In this document: piece by piece, positions 1-12,790 of the stretch
How the letters are laid out: each line of letters opens with the position of its first letter
Numbering within the stretch: the first letter of the stretch is position 1
DNA from: Balanoglossus misakiensis
Lineage: Eukaryota; Animalia; Hemichordata
Direction: 5' to 3'
Length of the DNA stretch: 64,000 nt
Assembly: GCA_040954595.2 (NCBI GenBank)
Contig: CM082578.2
Location: 4,632,831 to 4,696,830, forward strand
Translations under genes and position numbers: made by a program
Notes under the pieces: model-generated
The model's database searches: none
Told to the model about the DNA's origin: nothing
Seen by the model: the letters and a program-made list of their open reading frames with translations, nothing else

Positions 1-1441
1 CAATACCCAAAGAAGAATAATGCGCAGTTGTTTCTAGACCTCGTACATCTAATGTTTACCCTCCCGTAGACGAATTGGTTCAAATTACGTGAGTGGAGTC
101 CCGGCCATCGTGGGTCGAAGTATATACTGGCCCAGCTGTGATATAAAATTAGCATTCATTTTCCCGCAAGCAGGTGTGGGCGTTGCGTGCTAGGTGGGAA
201 TACAACAGACTGGTAAATAACACTTCAGTTTTCATCTCAAACTAATGGATCTATCATAATCATATTTGAACACCGTCGATGAACAGGGTCTCTACATTTC
301 TCCTTCTTACACATATCCTAGAACAAATTCTCTCAATTATTTTTTGATAATTTCTTTCATAAAATTTTTAAAATATCATTCTGTTTTTCAAGTCTTATTT
401 TGTCAAAAAGACACGAATATCTAGTTTGACGAATTCTGTTTGAATTGCCTAATGATTAGCCTTCGAAAAGTTTGTTTTCTTCGTTAAATGTCATGTCTAT
501 AGACAAAGAATTGTATACTTTATGACTATACAGGCGTATGACTGACAGTGCTCATTTACTAGTATATGTACAAGTTATGATAGCAATGTTCATTGCTATT
601 AAACGCACTAGGTTTCTCGACAGGATTGTTACATTCCAAAATCAGATTTAAATGTTGCACAAAAGATTTTTTTTGTTATCGTGCAACTAAATTATAAAAT
701 TCACTGCCAAATGATCTTAGATTAGTCTCGAATCTTGGAAAGTTTAAGGTCCTCCTGAAAGAATTTATAAGGAAGAAAATTCCGTTGTTATATCGAGCCC
801 CGGTAAAATATATTCATTTGAATAACTCGGTCGCTCTTTAAAAGTGTAAATAAATAAAATAAATAAATAAATTAATGAATAAATAAATAAATAAATAAAT
901 AAATAAAATATTAAACAATTTGTTTGTGGTCGCTCTCAAACTTACGCGCTACAATTCAGCGAGTAGGCACAAGATTTTGTTTTCGAGAAGAATGGTCCTC
1001 ATTGCAAGATATTGTCTGAAATCTATCTGGAAAAATCTAAATTAGATTCGATGCGTTGTCTTATCTCCAATGGGCACCTTTAGCGGGTATGCCCTTCAAA
1101 GACTAGAGGAAGTAACTTCGGGTGATTTCAAGTGAAAAGGTTTTTTCTTGGTTTCGTCATTTTTTTCCAATCTTGCTATGCGTGCCTATATACTATAGAG
1201 AAATACCAAACTCCGGGCGCTATACGACGTGTTTAATAATAATACTTCATACCGCGCATGGCAATGGCTATATTTGTCTCATGCAACAATCGCCAACGTG
1301 ACTTTTGTAGCCGCTATGTCCTTTGGATTATTTCACTCACACACCGCCGCTAACCAGTTTGTTTACCCACTGACCTAACGATATACATGTAGTGCGTATT
1401 TTCTATGAAAAGGTAATTATATCTTCTGTTGTGGGCAGTAC

Positions 1442-1751
1442 CTGTATGTTTGTCTTGGAGGTACTGTATATACGTACATGTATGCCTATGATCTGATGCG
1501 AGAAAGTACAGTTCTCGCATGTCTGCTCGCCAGGGGAAAGTGACCACGGCTGAAAATCATAGCTGACAGAGTAAATAGTCGAGCTCGCTGGGAAGTTTTC
1601 GGCTCACTGGAGAACGGACAATTCTCGGCTTTTCAGCACAAATGCGAATTTCTGTTCACCGGAAGAGTTGTCTGCTCCGAATTCACTTCAGTGCCATCGA
1701 CCGATTCTATTTGCATCCTAAGATATTTCTCTTCGATCAGAAGTGTTTGTC
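1442..1751 (-). pseudogene. Gene A stalk/TM-like exon with premature TGA (1633-1635) and a net +1 frameshift
   Basis: Phase-1 acceptor gttcag|, then GQTLLIEEKYLRMQIESVDG...NSHLC*, then ...PKTSQRARLFTLSAMIF / shifted AVVTFPW...; phase-1 donor ACAG|GTACTG in the shifted frame. Length 310 nt (3n+1). Confidence 0.45.
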
Positions 1752-4700
1752 CTGAACTTACAGGGGATCGAAGTAACAGACACATGAATTTCCTTACATA
1801 GTTGTGATGTTTTCGAATAGTCGCTGATTTATGCATTAATTATAGCGTCCAACTTTCCAACTGGTATTAGCATGTTATAAATTGATGCGACTTTTACTGC
1901 CGTGAGACTTTTATGGGGTCCATTTTGGACGAGGGCTTACACAAATTAGGAGCAACTGCGGTTTTTACACAGAACATATACTAAGCGCGGAATTGTTTTA
2001 ACTGCTATGTAAAACAATTGTAAAAATCGCAAAAGAAAGCGTTTAAGACAGATTCTCATGCGGGGGGGGGGGGGGGATATGTCATGACAGTGACAGTTAC
2101 ACATCCCCTGCGGTATGTTGGAGCATCAATGCGCTCGGTTTATGCTTTTAACTCGAATTTATCTCGAACTCGGAGAGCTACCCCAATTAATGATGTACAA
2201 CTATCTTTATAGTGGCTGTGTTACTAGTATGGGACTGTATTTACACGTAATTAGAACAAATACCTACTGGACGCAAAGTCAAAATAATGGCGCTTGATTG
2301 ACCTGATTTTGACTGCAGATCGCCGCCATGGGATTATTTTGATTTTGATGGATATTTCATGTTTTTATACTCAATAAAATATGATGAATCACAGGTTGAA
2401 TTAACCAACACCCATCATAAAGTAACGACATGTCAATATTTAGTATTATGCAATTTGAGTGATGTCCAAAACTATATAATGAGAAATGTACAACCATGTA
2501 TAGGATGAGTGACTCTGTGACAGTGAACAGAACAAAAAGAATCCTCCAAAACGAAATAATTACAAATGTGAAAGACTCTGTCCCTCTAAGAGACCTAGAT
2601 TTTTTCTTCCAATTCAATATGCTAAGTAACTTACCTTCTTCACAGTTTGTACCGGAATATTCGTCGTGGCAAATGCACATAGCAAATGCTTCGAAACACA
2701 CTCCGCCATTTTGGCAGCCACCGCATACGTTATCTGGACTGGGGTTTCCAATTCGATGTGATGGACACGGGTTACCTTCATGACAACAAGAAACAAGGAA
2801 AGAGGCAGTGACGTCATATCTTGAACCCCCCCCCCCCTATAACAAGACTAAGCTTACTGTTCGGTCCGAATATCAACAGAACACTCACTGTTGAACTGAT
2901 CGCTCAGAAATGTAATTTATATCTTTAGGATCTTCTGGTCCAGCACACAAAATTGATCGATTGAATGACTATTAATGGTTCAGTTCATTTTTATTACACA
3001 AATTATTACCGTATATAGGGTTGCCCGTATAACTTGCTTTTAGTGACCTATCTTCCGCGATTTTTACGATGAAGGTCATGTGATATTTATCAGTATGTGC
3101 TGTACCCGCATAGTGGCGACATCACTCTCTCCAACGAGTGAACATCACACACGCCGAGGTAAGCCAAGAAAAATGTGTGCAACACTAATGAAACACGCAG
3201 GATATTCAAATAAACTTTATTTCAATATGTCAAAAACCGCACCAGACGGTAGTGGTGATTTTCTGATTTTTCCTCTATGATATTGTGTATGTCATGGAAA
3301 CGACCGATTATTCACTTCAATTCGGAATTCAAGATTTCGTATGAATCGTTTATTTTATGCATGTAGCACAATGGCGGGATAAACATCGTTCTACGTGTCA
3401 ATTCCGCTCCAACGTTTCCTTATTCTGGACTGAATTATTCCCTCGATATTAAACATACCTATCTAGCGAGCGAGACTTTTATCGGCTGGCCAGTCGATGA
3501 CGTCATTCATATATATTGCGTGTTATTCTAACTCGTGCGAAGCATTATATTTTATCTTTGAACTATTTGTAACGGACATGAGCATAGGCTAGAAAGATGC
3601 TCACAGTCAATATAACCTTTTCGTTTGGGTTGTGTTGATATTGGCGTCAACATCACACTGCTCAAGTTTTGCCTCCGTAAGATCAAGGTATGGGCGACGA
3701 GAATTTTTTTTCAAAAAAGTAAAAAGGGAGAAAACATCAAAATATTTTAATAATGCAAGAACATCTGTCGTATCTTATGCAGGCAGCGGAAATAGCTTGA
3801 CACCGAATCTTAACTATCTAATGCAAATGGCTGGTTCGATGCAAATACTGCTCCGTCAGCGAAATCGAAGTCGCCCCCATGTTGGAATGTGTTTGTCAAA
3901 ACATGCCAGCGTCCACCATTCTGATTGGACGAGTGCTCAATCTAGCGATCGCTAAAATACTGTTTTAGCACGCGTCGGCTAGTAGTGGTATAACCGGTCC
4001 CTGAACTAGCATGCATCAGGGAAAATATGGGGTTAAACCAAATAAACAAAGCAAAAAAACTGATAAATTCACTGACGTTTTCTTTTGGAACTGCCCAATG
4101 AGAAAATTTGACACTTCGCCATGCGCGATGCCTGTCTTGTCACTTTTTGTCGTCTGCTTCATATGTTTCATGCTCAGTCCAGGGCACTCGTGTTTACATT
4201 CATCGAGTTTGGTTCAATTCGTAACTTCTTTCTCTGACGCTGTTTCGTTAAGAAAATGACACTGATGTGCCTGAAAATCATTGTTTAAAGGAACAAAGTC
4301 TCTCTCTCGCTGCCCTTTTTTCCATTAATTATGTTTGATACAAGACACTGTCTATGTTAATGTACATGTACATATATAGTGAATCAATGATCAACCACAC
4401 AAAACTTCCATCCCAGTTGTATGATATGAGAGTAAAAACTCGCCCAAAATGAATAAATGGTAAAGAACGATTATTCATTTTGGCGAGTTTTTTCACTCTC
4501 CTGTCTATAAGAGGGATGGAAGTTGTGTGTGTTTGAACGTTCATTCACTATATATCCACATGTAGAATAAACGGTGTCTTGTATCAAATATAATTAATGG
4601 GAAAAAGGGCAGCGAGAGAGAGACTTTGTCCCTTTAAGTAAAATAATAGGAATAACTCCCGCCACAGTCGGGTATAGGGGGCCTACCCTCGATTTGATCC

Positions 4701-7700
4701 AATCCGCTCCACAAGGAACTCGCTATTGTAACAAAAATCTCGGCTGAGGTTATTGCTTGATTTTAGAATGTCTCCAGGAAAGATCACATATTATGTCGTC
4801 AGCTTCCGTTAGCTGTCGGTCGTTGTACGTGTAGTTTCAATTTGCAGCAGGTGTTAGGAAATCATCATGTTTATAATCACCTCACAAATATATGTCTGCC
4901 GAGGGAAATGTGTCCGAGAAACCACTGCCCTATATTAAAAGAGATTATGTTGCTGAAATGTGTTTTGGTAATTACTTCAAGTCTAAACTCATTCATTTGA
5001 CTCGCCGAACTGACGAATTGGTACGGTTTTTCTAAATCACGCCGCTGCCTATATCATTCTACCCTCTGAGGGTCAATTTGCCGTATGATCGATGACTCAC
5101 TTCATTCGGCGGCTGTTTGATTAACATGTCATGGTGTGCGTCGATTCATCTCCGAAGGATTGGGATTGGGTACATGCGGCACAGTCATGTGGACGTTGTT
5201 CGTGTGAGAACCAGCTTGCCCACTTACTAGACATCTTACTAGTATACATGTTATACCCGTGGCGGATCTGACCAATCACAAACCAAGCCTGTGTCAGCTA
5301 AAACTTGCCACGTGGCCACTTATGGATATCAACTTGTTATTTCTTTGATCAAATATATAAGATAACAGCGCCCTGATTAGGTGCACTGAGAGAGATACAG
5401 CGAACCGGACGGCCTTTAAACCCTCGCACTCGAATTATTCTGTACGATGAAAATCGACTCCCTCGCAAATACGACCGACTGTGGGAATAGACGTGGACAG
5501 AATACAAATTAAAGACTAACCATTCTTAACGCATTCCCCGTCACACCCTTGCTCGCACGAGGAAATAATTTATTGGTTGAAGAATGTGTGAGCAGATCAG
5601 TCAAGTGAAAGGCCGTCACGTTCGACGGTATGGCAAAAAAATGTATGCTGTTCCGCTTACATGGTTTTCAAAAATAGGGTAGGTAGGTAGGGAAATGTTT
5701 TTATTTTGAATTTGTTTATTTCTCTGGTCGCCATAGTGTAGAAGAATGACGTCATAGTTCTCGCGTGATTTGCGCAATTTTCATAAAATGTTGTATATTT
5801 GACATCGTTCGGGTTTACGAAGCTCTAAAAGTTTAGGGTCGGCGGGTTAAAATTAGGGTAGGTCGGGTATTTGGAACAGCACATATTTTTTTTATTTTTT
5901 GGCCTTAAGATGAACATCGGACTGTGAGGAGGGGATACCGCTATCATTGAAGATGATGGCTTTCGTTTCGTCAGAGTTAATAGCATATTTTTCCGTCTCT
6001 CAGTCTTGTCGTCGCTGGGTCCAATTTACAACTGTATATGGGCGAATAAAATGAAGACAATCTGGTGTTACTCACTTTCTTGACAAAGTTTGCCGTAATG
6101 GGTGGCTGGGCAGAGACATTTGTGCGCAAATTCCACACAAGTGCCACCGTGAAGACATCCTCCGCAGGGATCCCATGCCATCAAGTAATCTGTTCAAAAT
6201 GAAAAGTCTGTCAGGGAGCGATATGCATATATTAAAGGGACAAAGTCTCTCTCTCGCTCCCCATTTTCCAATCATTCCATTTGATACAAGACACTGTTTA
6301 TATTATTCTACATGCGGATATATAGTGAATAAACGGTAGAGACCGATTTTTCATTTTGGCAAGTTTTTCACTCTCGTGTCTACAAATGGGATGGAAGTTG
6401 AACGTTGATTAACTGTATATCCACATGTAGAATAACATAAACGTTATCTTGTATCAAACCTAATTAATGGGAAAAGGGCAGCGAGAGAGAGAGACTTTGT
6501 CCCTTTAACTGACCGTGGGGAGAAAGGAATACCCGCGGGAATGTGGGTCACCTGTAGGGGGAGTAGACATCATGCCGTTACTCAAATCTCGTCAACCCGT
6601 GTGTGTTTTCTGCCACATTCTGGCACACCTCAAGGAATGTATCGTTTAGGCGTTAATTTGGCAGCAAAGCAAACATACATCTTAGTCTCGATTATCCAGA
6701 CCAAGAAGCAGAGGCGTCTGGGTAACCGAGACTAACATACATCTTCACTTTGTAAAGTCCTTCTCGTATGCTCATGCGCAGGCAATTTCTAGGTTACAGT
6801 TGTCGGAACTGTTACCTGGTCAGGCCGCAGCAGTTCGAAAACTGAAAAGCAGATGATGCGTTGATCCGCTGTGTGTATCGCTGCAGGACGACGCACTTAA
6901 CGTGACATTGATTCGGCAAATGGTTTTATCACAAGGATCGTAGACCCATGGATCAAGTGTGGATGCATGAATATACTCTACGTTGATAAGGGAGATGTGT
7001 TCTAAAGGGGCAATCCGGTCCAGCTAATTTCTATATAATTTGGTAGCTTTGAGGTCACTCTTTCAGAAAAAAAAAAAACATTTTCGCCGTGTATAATTAT
7101 AAGTCGCGCGATCTTTTACAAAAACGAGGGAAATATGGCAGAATTTCCAATATGGCGTTTACTGTAATTTGAATCATGGGGGGAAAACTCGCCAGGACGA
7201 ACTTCCGGCCAACTTGCTGTGGGTGATACCATTTTCCAATGGGTGACAAATGATGTAGAAATCAGCTGGACCGGATTTCCCCAGAAACCATGCACAAATC
7301 AGCCAGTGCATTAAAGAGTCGGATAGAAAGGTGAAAGCATATGGCTTTAATGGGTTCTTTCGCTTCGAGGGTTAATTTCATGAATTGCTTTAAATCGAAT
7401 AAATGTGCAAGTCGTAACAAAATTAAACGCGCAGATAATCTGTGACCCAAATTAAAAACCACGATAAAACAATATTTCCTTGATGGACGGCTAGCGTCCA
7501 CAGTAGGCCTATACTTTTTTTATTTACTTCCGTAAAATTCCAAAATACAATCTAGGTGATGAGTTGATCAATTACAGTAAAGAAGATTGAAGTGGGGGCG
7601 TTTGGTTTGACTTTCTTTTGCATAGCGGCGAATGCGACCGCTGAAAATATAAAGCGTCATATCGTATATCCAAACGGACATGGAGTTTCCCATCGGTATG

Positions 7701-8911
7701 CAGCGTGAGTAACACTTAATGGCTTCAGCGGAGGAAGGTTACCTGGCCCCAACTGGAACACTCTCCAGTAATTGCCGTCACCTATGCTTTGAAGCGAAAA
7801 CTTGATGGAATGCTCGACGTGACAAACGCTCAGCAAATTGTGACATTTGCAAGGCTAGGTCAGAGTCCCTTTTCATCGGTATGCTAATCACGTACGACTC
7901 CGGGGAGTGCACGGCCTTCCATATGTGTGAATATGCATACAATGTCTGAGATGAAATGTAAGTCCCAGGTGTGTACGTACAAAGCGAATGACAACATGGC
8001 GTCAATGACTGAAGTGAAATAAATCCAATCGAACGGGGAGCCCTGTCTACTGATTCCAATGCGAATGATACGAAAAATCATAACTGCCCGCGTGACCTAT
8101 TGCATGTGATTACCATGCATGGAATTGCTTTTAGTTCTTTGAATGAATGAATGAATGAATGAATGAATGAATGAATGAATGAATGAATGAATGAATGAAT
8201 GAATGAATGAATGAATGAATGAATGAATGAATGAATGAATGAATGGTGTTCGCGTTCGCTTTGTCAGACTTTGTTCCGTGGAGGGACTTTTCACAGTGTA
8301 ATGTAATAACAATGCCAACTGTTGTTGCTGTTAAGAATGTAGCTCTGTTGATTAAATTTGAGGTTTATGTATAATGTCCGAACGAAGGTAGTTTCCTGTC
8401 AGACTTCTCTGAGTTCAAACTTCATCTTGCTCCAATTTAAAGACTTGTGTGAATTTTATCGATTTGTCACATGCCTTTGCGCCGTTCAGACTACATTTGA
8501 TATGGCTGTTGTAATTACACGAATCATTAACAGGTTGTACACGTGCTTTCTGTTTTGAACGCTGGCGACCTATAGTTTGCTTTACACAAGAGTATACGTA
8601 GAGTTGCCAAAGGCTGGTGTATGGACATCGTCACCGTAACCGAAATAGAAAACAATATACGTTACTGCAGATATGCTCATCCGGTGTTTTGTTTTCGAAC
8701 ACGGTAGCGCGGTGTCATTTGCAGATATCATGTGAGCGCATATGACTATATGGTGGATGGATTTGAGGTTAGCTGGTTGGTACAACGGTGCCTTTGTCTT
8801 TGGGAAGATAATCAATCATAACTTACAGTCTTTGTCATGTTTACCTTGTGACGATACAAATACAATGCCGCCGGCTGTGGTGAGCAGACCAATGCAGAAA
8901 ATGGCGAACAT
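1633..8911 (-). CDS. Gene A model: signal peptide + micro-exon + 2 EGF + truncated stalk (159 aa); secreted EGF protein or decaying paralog of gene B
   Basis: Exons complement(8845-8911, 7743-7781, 6076-6189, 2635-2775, 1633-1751). All introns are GT-AG and phase 1; 480 nt in total, in frame. The signal and EGF exons are strong; the micro-exon and last exon are weaker. Confidence 0.7.
2635..2775 (-). CDS. Gene A EGF exon 2, NPCPSHRIGNPSPDNVCGGCQNGGVCFEAFAMCICHDEYSGTNCEE
   Basis: EGF motif CQNGGVC..CIC..YSG..C; pyrimidine tract + AG; donor G|GTAAGT; 141 nt, phase 1-1. Confidence 0.9.
4289..4633. mobile_element. TTAA-flanked MITE family K (Kolobok-like), copy 1
   Basis: TTAA|AGGAACAAAGTCTCTCTCTCGCTGCCC...GGGCAGCGAGAGAGAGACTTTGTCCCT|TTAA; long TIRs; four related copies in the window. 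Confidence 0.85.
5629..5907. mobile_element. PIF/Harbinger-like MITE family H1, copy 1
   Basis: GGC...GCC termini, right flank TTA; interior (catggttttcaaaaatagggtaggtaggtaggg...gaagaatgacgtcatagttct) shared with 54323-54542. Confidence 0.7.
6076..6189 (-). CDS. Gene A EGF exon 1, DYLMAWDPCGGCLHGGTCVEFAHKCLCPATHYGKLCQE
   Basis: Six Cys in EGF spacing (CxC...YG..C); acceptor ttttcattttgaacag|, donor A|GTGAGT; 114 nt, phase 1-1. Not in the ORF track in this frame. Confidence 0.88.
6236..6504. mobile_element. TTAA-flanked MITE family K, copy 2 (internally deleted)
   Basis: Same TIRs and TTAA duplication; about 45 bp from the gene A EGF-1 splice acceptor. Confidence 0.85.
6683..6734. mobile_element. 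52-bp TIR element with a perfect 10-bp target-site duplication
   Basis: ACATACATCT|TAGTCTCGATTATCCAGAC...GTCTGGGTAACCGAGACTA|ACATACATCT. Confidence 0.85.
7005..7282. mobile_element. Degenerate MITE with TIRs of about 27 bp
   Basis: ggggcaatccggtccagctaatttcta ... tagaaatcagctggaccggatttcccc. Confidence 0.65.
7743..7781 (-). CDS. Gene A candidate 39-nt micro-exon (G)DGNYWRVFQLGP
   Basis: Acceptor ttttcgcttcaaagcatag|, donor CCAG|GTAACC; phase 1-1 and open. Confidence 0.5.
8140..8244. repeat. (GAAT)n microsatellite
   Basis: Directly visible. Confidence 0.97.
8845..8911 (-). CDS. Gene A exon 1, signal peptide MFAIFCIGLLTTAGGIVFVSSQ(G)
   Basis: ATG, hydrophobic core, phase-1 donor CAAG|GTAAAC. 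Confidence 0.75.
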
Positions 8912-11900
8912 GGAGTCAACTGCTCATGCGTGTATAGTATTCCATCGAGCATTCCCTGTCGTGTGTCGTCGGGTCATTCGCGATATTTCGTGCCCGATGG
9001 GAAGGTGTGTTTCTGAATGTTAAAGAGAAAAAAATATAAATTAGGTGAATTTTGACGTTTTAAAACTGACAACGAGTCCGTGTCTACATTCTAACCCTTG
9101 CGCACTGGCAATCCGAAGAAATCTGAAAAAAACAGATTTTTAAGTCTGACGGAAACTGGAAAGTATGTTATCAAACACGGGGAAAGCATTATCCGTTTTC
9201 GGAAAGGCTGTGGTTTCGGTAACAAATATTACGAAAAATTATTATTTGACGATGAACTGTGTCGATACATGAAAACACGCATACATTTTTATATATTCAT
9301 TTCTCACGTGACAGATAAAAATCTTCACTTGCTTCGATTTTGTGCTGAAAATCGGAGCCCTTAAAAGCTATGTTATAATATAGGCGTCGATATCAAAATA
9401 CAGACTAAGCTTCTTTTTCAAGCCTTGGGGATTTTACAGTGTTATCACAATACGGCTGAAATCTGCTGCTCTCATGCATATGTGCATCGATATAGGTAAT
9501 TCCCCCCACAGTGTAAAGAGTGGACTAATTTCAGCGTTTGGGTTTTGAATACTACGCGCATCATATTCACTAGAACCGCGATTACTTCTGCAGGCTATAT
9601 TTGCTTGAAACTGTACATGTATGACATTATGCGGATGGTTACCGGGACGATTTGCGTAAACAAGCGACTGTAACCTATTTTAACACCCGCCCAGCACGAG
9701 ATGGGGGCAGTTTGACGGGATTTGTGCAACCACTATGTCGTAAGCAAGATGTGAGCAAGATGAGAGGGAGGTTTCGTCTTTACTCAGAATGTTCTTAAAA
9801 TTAGAACAAAACAGGCCGATGTCTATGTTGATGCATGATACAGTACAACCAGCGAACGTGTAGCAAGCAACACTCAGCTTAACATGTTATATATTCAGGA
9901 TGTCGGTCGACGTTTCTTACCGTATACGCTGGCTCCCGAAAGTTGCCTTCATGAGGATGTCACAGTAACTTTGTTTTCACACACCGCTGATTGACCACCT
10001 CGGTGAAATATTTGGTTTCCGTGCGAAGTCATACGAGGCGAAGCAGAGTTACCTTTAAATCCACAGGAGAGATAATAAACATTTCTCAAGAGAATGGCTA
10101 TTAGCATCCCCCGTGGCTTCGTTTGTTACCGCAGTGCATAGTGGATATGACCCTGATAGCATTAACATGGGTTAAATGTAAAATGACGACAGGAGTGTAA
10201 TTGCAGAGAAATCACATACAGCGTACATGGGTTATTTCATAGAACAAGCGAATGTGGTGTGGTAATGTAGTTTCGACGTCATTACTAAAACAATCGTTAT
10301 TGTAAAACAACAATGTCTATTTTTTTTTTAAAAACATCCAATTTATGTTACTCGCTTTTGACAAAGTGTGAGGAAAGGGGCAATCTTCAATAATAAATTG
10401 TGAAAACAAAACTTATCTACATTTTATTTATAACGGTTTATTTTGTTATCGGGTTCACAATATGTGCTGATTTTTGGAGTGAATGCTTGTTTTAATTTTC
10501 ACGTTAACACAATGGAATCATATTTTCAAACATCCGAACACGCTCGCGTTTTTCATCGATACATGTCGTCGGGGAACAGAATGACTATACGTCCGCGTGT
10601 ACATTAATACTGCCATGCATAAAAAACAGCTAGGCGGATTGTTCCTTCCTGCTGACAGATCAGTAAACGCGTAAATCCGGAATTTGAAGGAGCGTGTGCT
10701 CATTTCTTCTCTAATGAAATTGGCACATTGGTGTATAAAAGGGACGACAAGCGACGAAACAGCGCCAAGCTCATAAATCCGCCCAATTCTCAAGTGTCAA
10801 TGGCGAAGAATATTAAGGACTTCTCCCACACCATTTGCAAACATTTCGTGTTTTTCTACGCATGATCAATTAATGCTACATCCACAGTGAAAATTGATTT
10901 GCCGCCGTGAATCTGCAAGGCGGCCACGGAGATGCAACATTCGTCCTTTCATCGATCAAATATCTCCTTACCTTCGTTGTCTCTGCTACAACTGTGGCGT
11001 GTATGAATACACTATGTGAAGTTCAATAACAGAAGGTGTTGTTCACCACAGACGCGGACACACCAGAGTCGGTTACCATTCCCATCTGTAAGATGCTTAT
11101 AGCAGAAGATTTTTTGGACCGACCGACCAGTACTATTAAACACGGCGACTATGGTAGATGCACAGCGACGATTCGAGTTTTTCTTTACGAGCAGTCGAAC
11201 GAAATGTACTGATCGTCGTGTCGGTGCGCCGCAAAGCTCCCGCGCGAGACGATAACAAGTCGGTGAAACGTTTCCGCTTATTGCTGAATGATGTATTTGC
11301 ATTGGAAGTGGGATTTATCTTGCGATATACGGCAGATCTTCGATCATTAATAATACTTTCATATTCACACGGTGTAACCCCATGCAGTTGTCAGTAACCC
11401 GTATGTACGAGCCGATCTGTCAGCCAAGCCTTCTGGTTCTCTCCAGGGCGATACCATTCGCGTCATTGGGGAGGGGGGCAGCAGAATATTTCTTCTGATG
11501 ACTGCATTATAAACTTTAAAATCGTGTAAACCTAGTCGAAGTCTGAATTGCCTTTTGTGAATTCAATGGATCTGTCTTCTCGCCCTGGGCGAAGAGAGGA
11601 ACGTAGATTTACCGGTTGACAGATGATCGCGAGTGTTATTATGCCTGATTTGCGGTGCCTGCGAATAAAACATATTATTGCATATGTACCACAGTATTCC
11701 AAGCGGGCCGTGCAATAATAATTCTGGTATTTTTGCGAGCTCATATGCAAATGAGCATCCAGAAGAATAAGATCCCCCATTTCCCCTTCAATCGATCGTA
11801 TCTTTCAAAGTTTAACCTTCGTTCTGTTAGACAATCACTTGGAGTTCATATAAACCTCCGGAGGATATAACAAAAGTTTTATTTCAGTCGCAAAAAAGCC

Positions 11901-12023
11901 GATTGTTGTTTTAGTTGTGCGCGTGACAAAGTGGTATTTTTCACAACCCATATGCAAATGAGTAAAAACAAGCCGGACTACGTTTTGTTTGTAAACATTG
12001 AACGCGGTCGGCAGAGCTGGAGT

Positions 12024-12427
12024 ATGATCGCCGAAACGTGGGGAATTTTCAACATTCGGAGACTTCATTGTCTTATCCTTCCCAAATTTTGTCAGAATAA
12101 CAAAACATTAACTGGCAGTATGTTTGGGAACCTCGGAATATCCCTAGCTATCGCCAGTTTCTCAAATATTGCTGATGCTATCTTGCGACCTGAGCTAAAC
12201 CACCGATGAAATGAGCCAACATGATCGCCGAAACATGCGGATTTTTCAACATTCTGGCACGTTGTCTTATTATCCTTCCCAACTATTGTCAGAATAACAG
12301 AACATTTAGTTGTCAGTGTGTTTTGGAACCTCGAAAATTACGAAAATCTCTCGCTATCGCCAGTGTTTCAAAATTTATCGCTGCATTCTCACGACCTCAG
12401 GTAACCCACTGTTGGAATGACCCCACA
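12024..12427 (+). repeat. Diverged tandem duplication of a unit of about 200 bp
   Basis: Both units start atgatcgccgaaac and share ttttcaacattc, ttatccttccca, tgtcagaataaca, gctatcgccagt. Confidence 0.8.
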
Positions 12428-12577
12428 TGACCCTTCTTTGCATAACAAAGGTTGCGTCATTTTGGCCAATGAGCGGCCTTCTCTGGGTTGCATAGCCTTT
12501 GGCGCATCACTGTAATGAAAATCAATACGCCACGATCGAAACTTTGATTTTCGTCAAATCTGGGGAAACATATGCAA

Positions 12578-12787
12578 TACTGTAAAACACTTTATTTTCA
12601 CGAGTTGAAATTTTCGCGACATCGAGAGAGGCCACTGTTTCGCCAGTATTAATTTTCGCGTTCTCTTATTTCATTCATTGCATCTTTATCTTCAAAAAAA
12701 TTATGCAACTTTTTATTTTCACGCTATTTTGGCTCTCGCGTATTTCGCGAAAATCTCTTGCTCGCGAAAATAAAGTGTTTTACAGTA
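12578..12787. mobile_element. TA-flanked Tc1/mariner-type MITE
   Basis: Perfect 22-bp inverted ends TACTGTAAAACACTTTATTTTC / GAAAATAAAGTGTTTTACAGTA. Confidence 0.8.
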
Positions 12788-12790
12788 ATA

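Noticed and set aside
4329-4544. Recurrent peptide KMNNRSLPFIH (also at 28137 and 58406)
   Set aside because: Interior of the non-coding family K MITE; no transposase motifs.
10518-11400. Overlapping ORFs of 80-96 aa between genes A and B
   Set aside because: No recognisable domain, consistent splice signals or transposase motifs.
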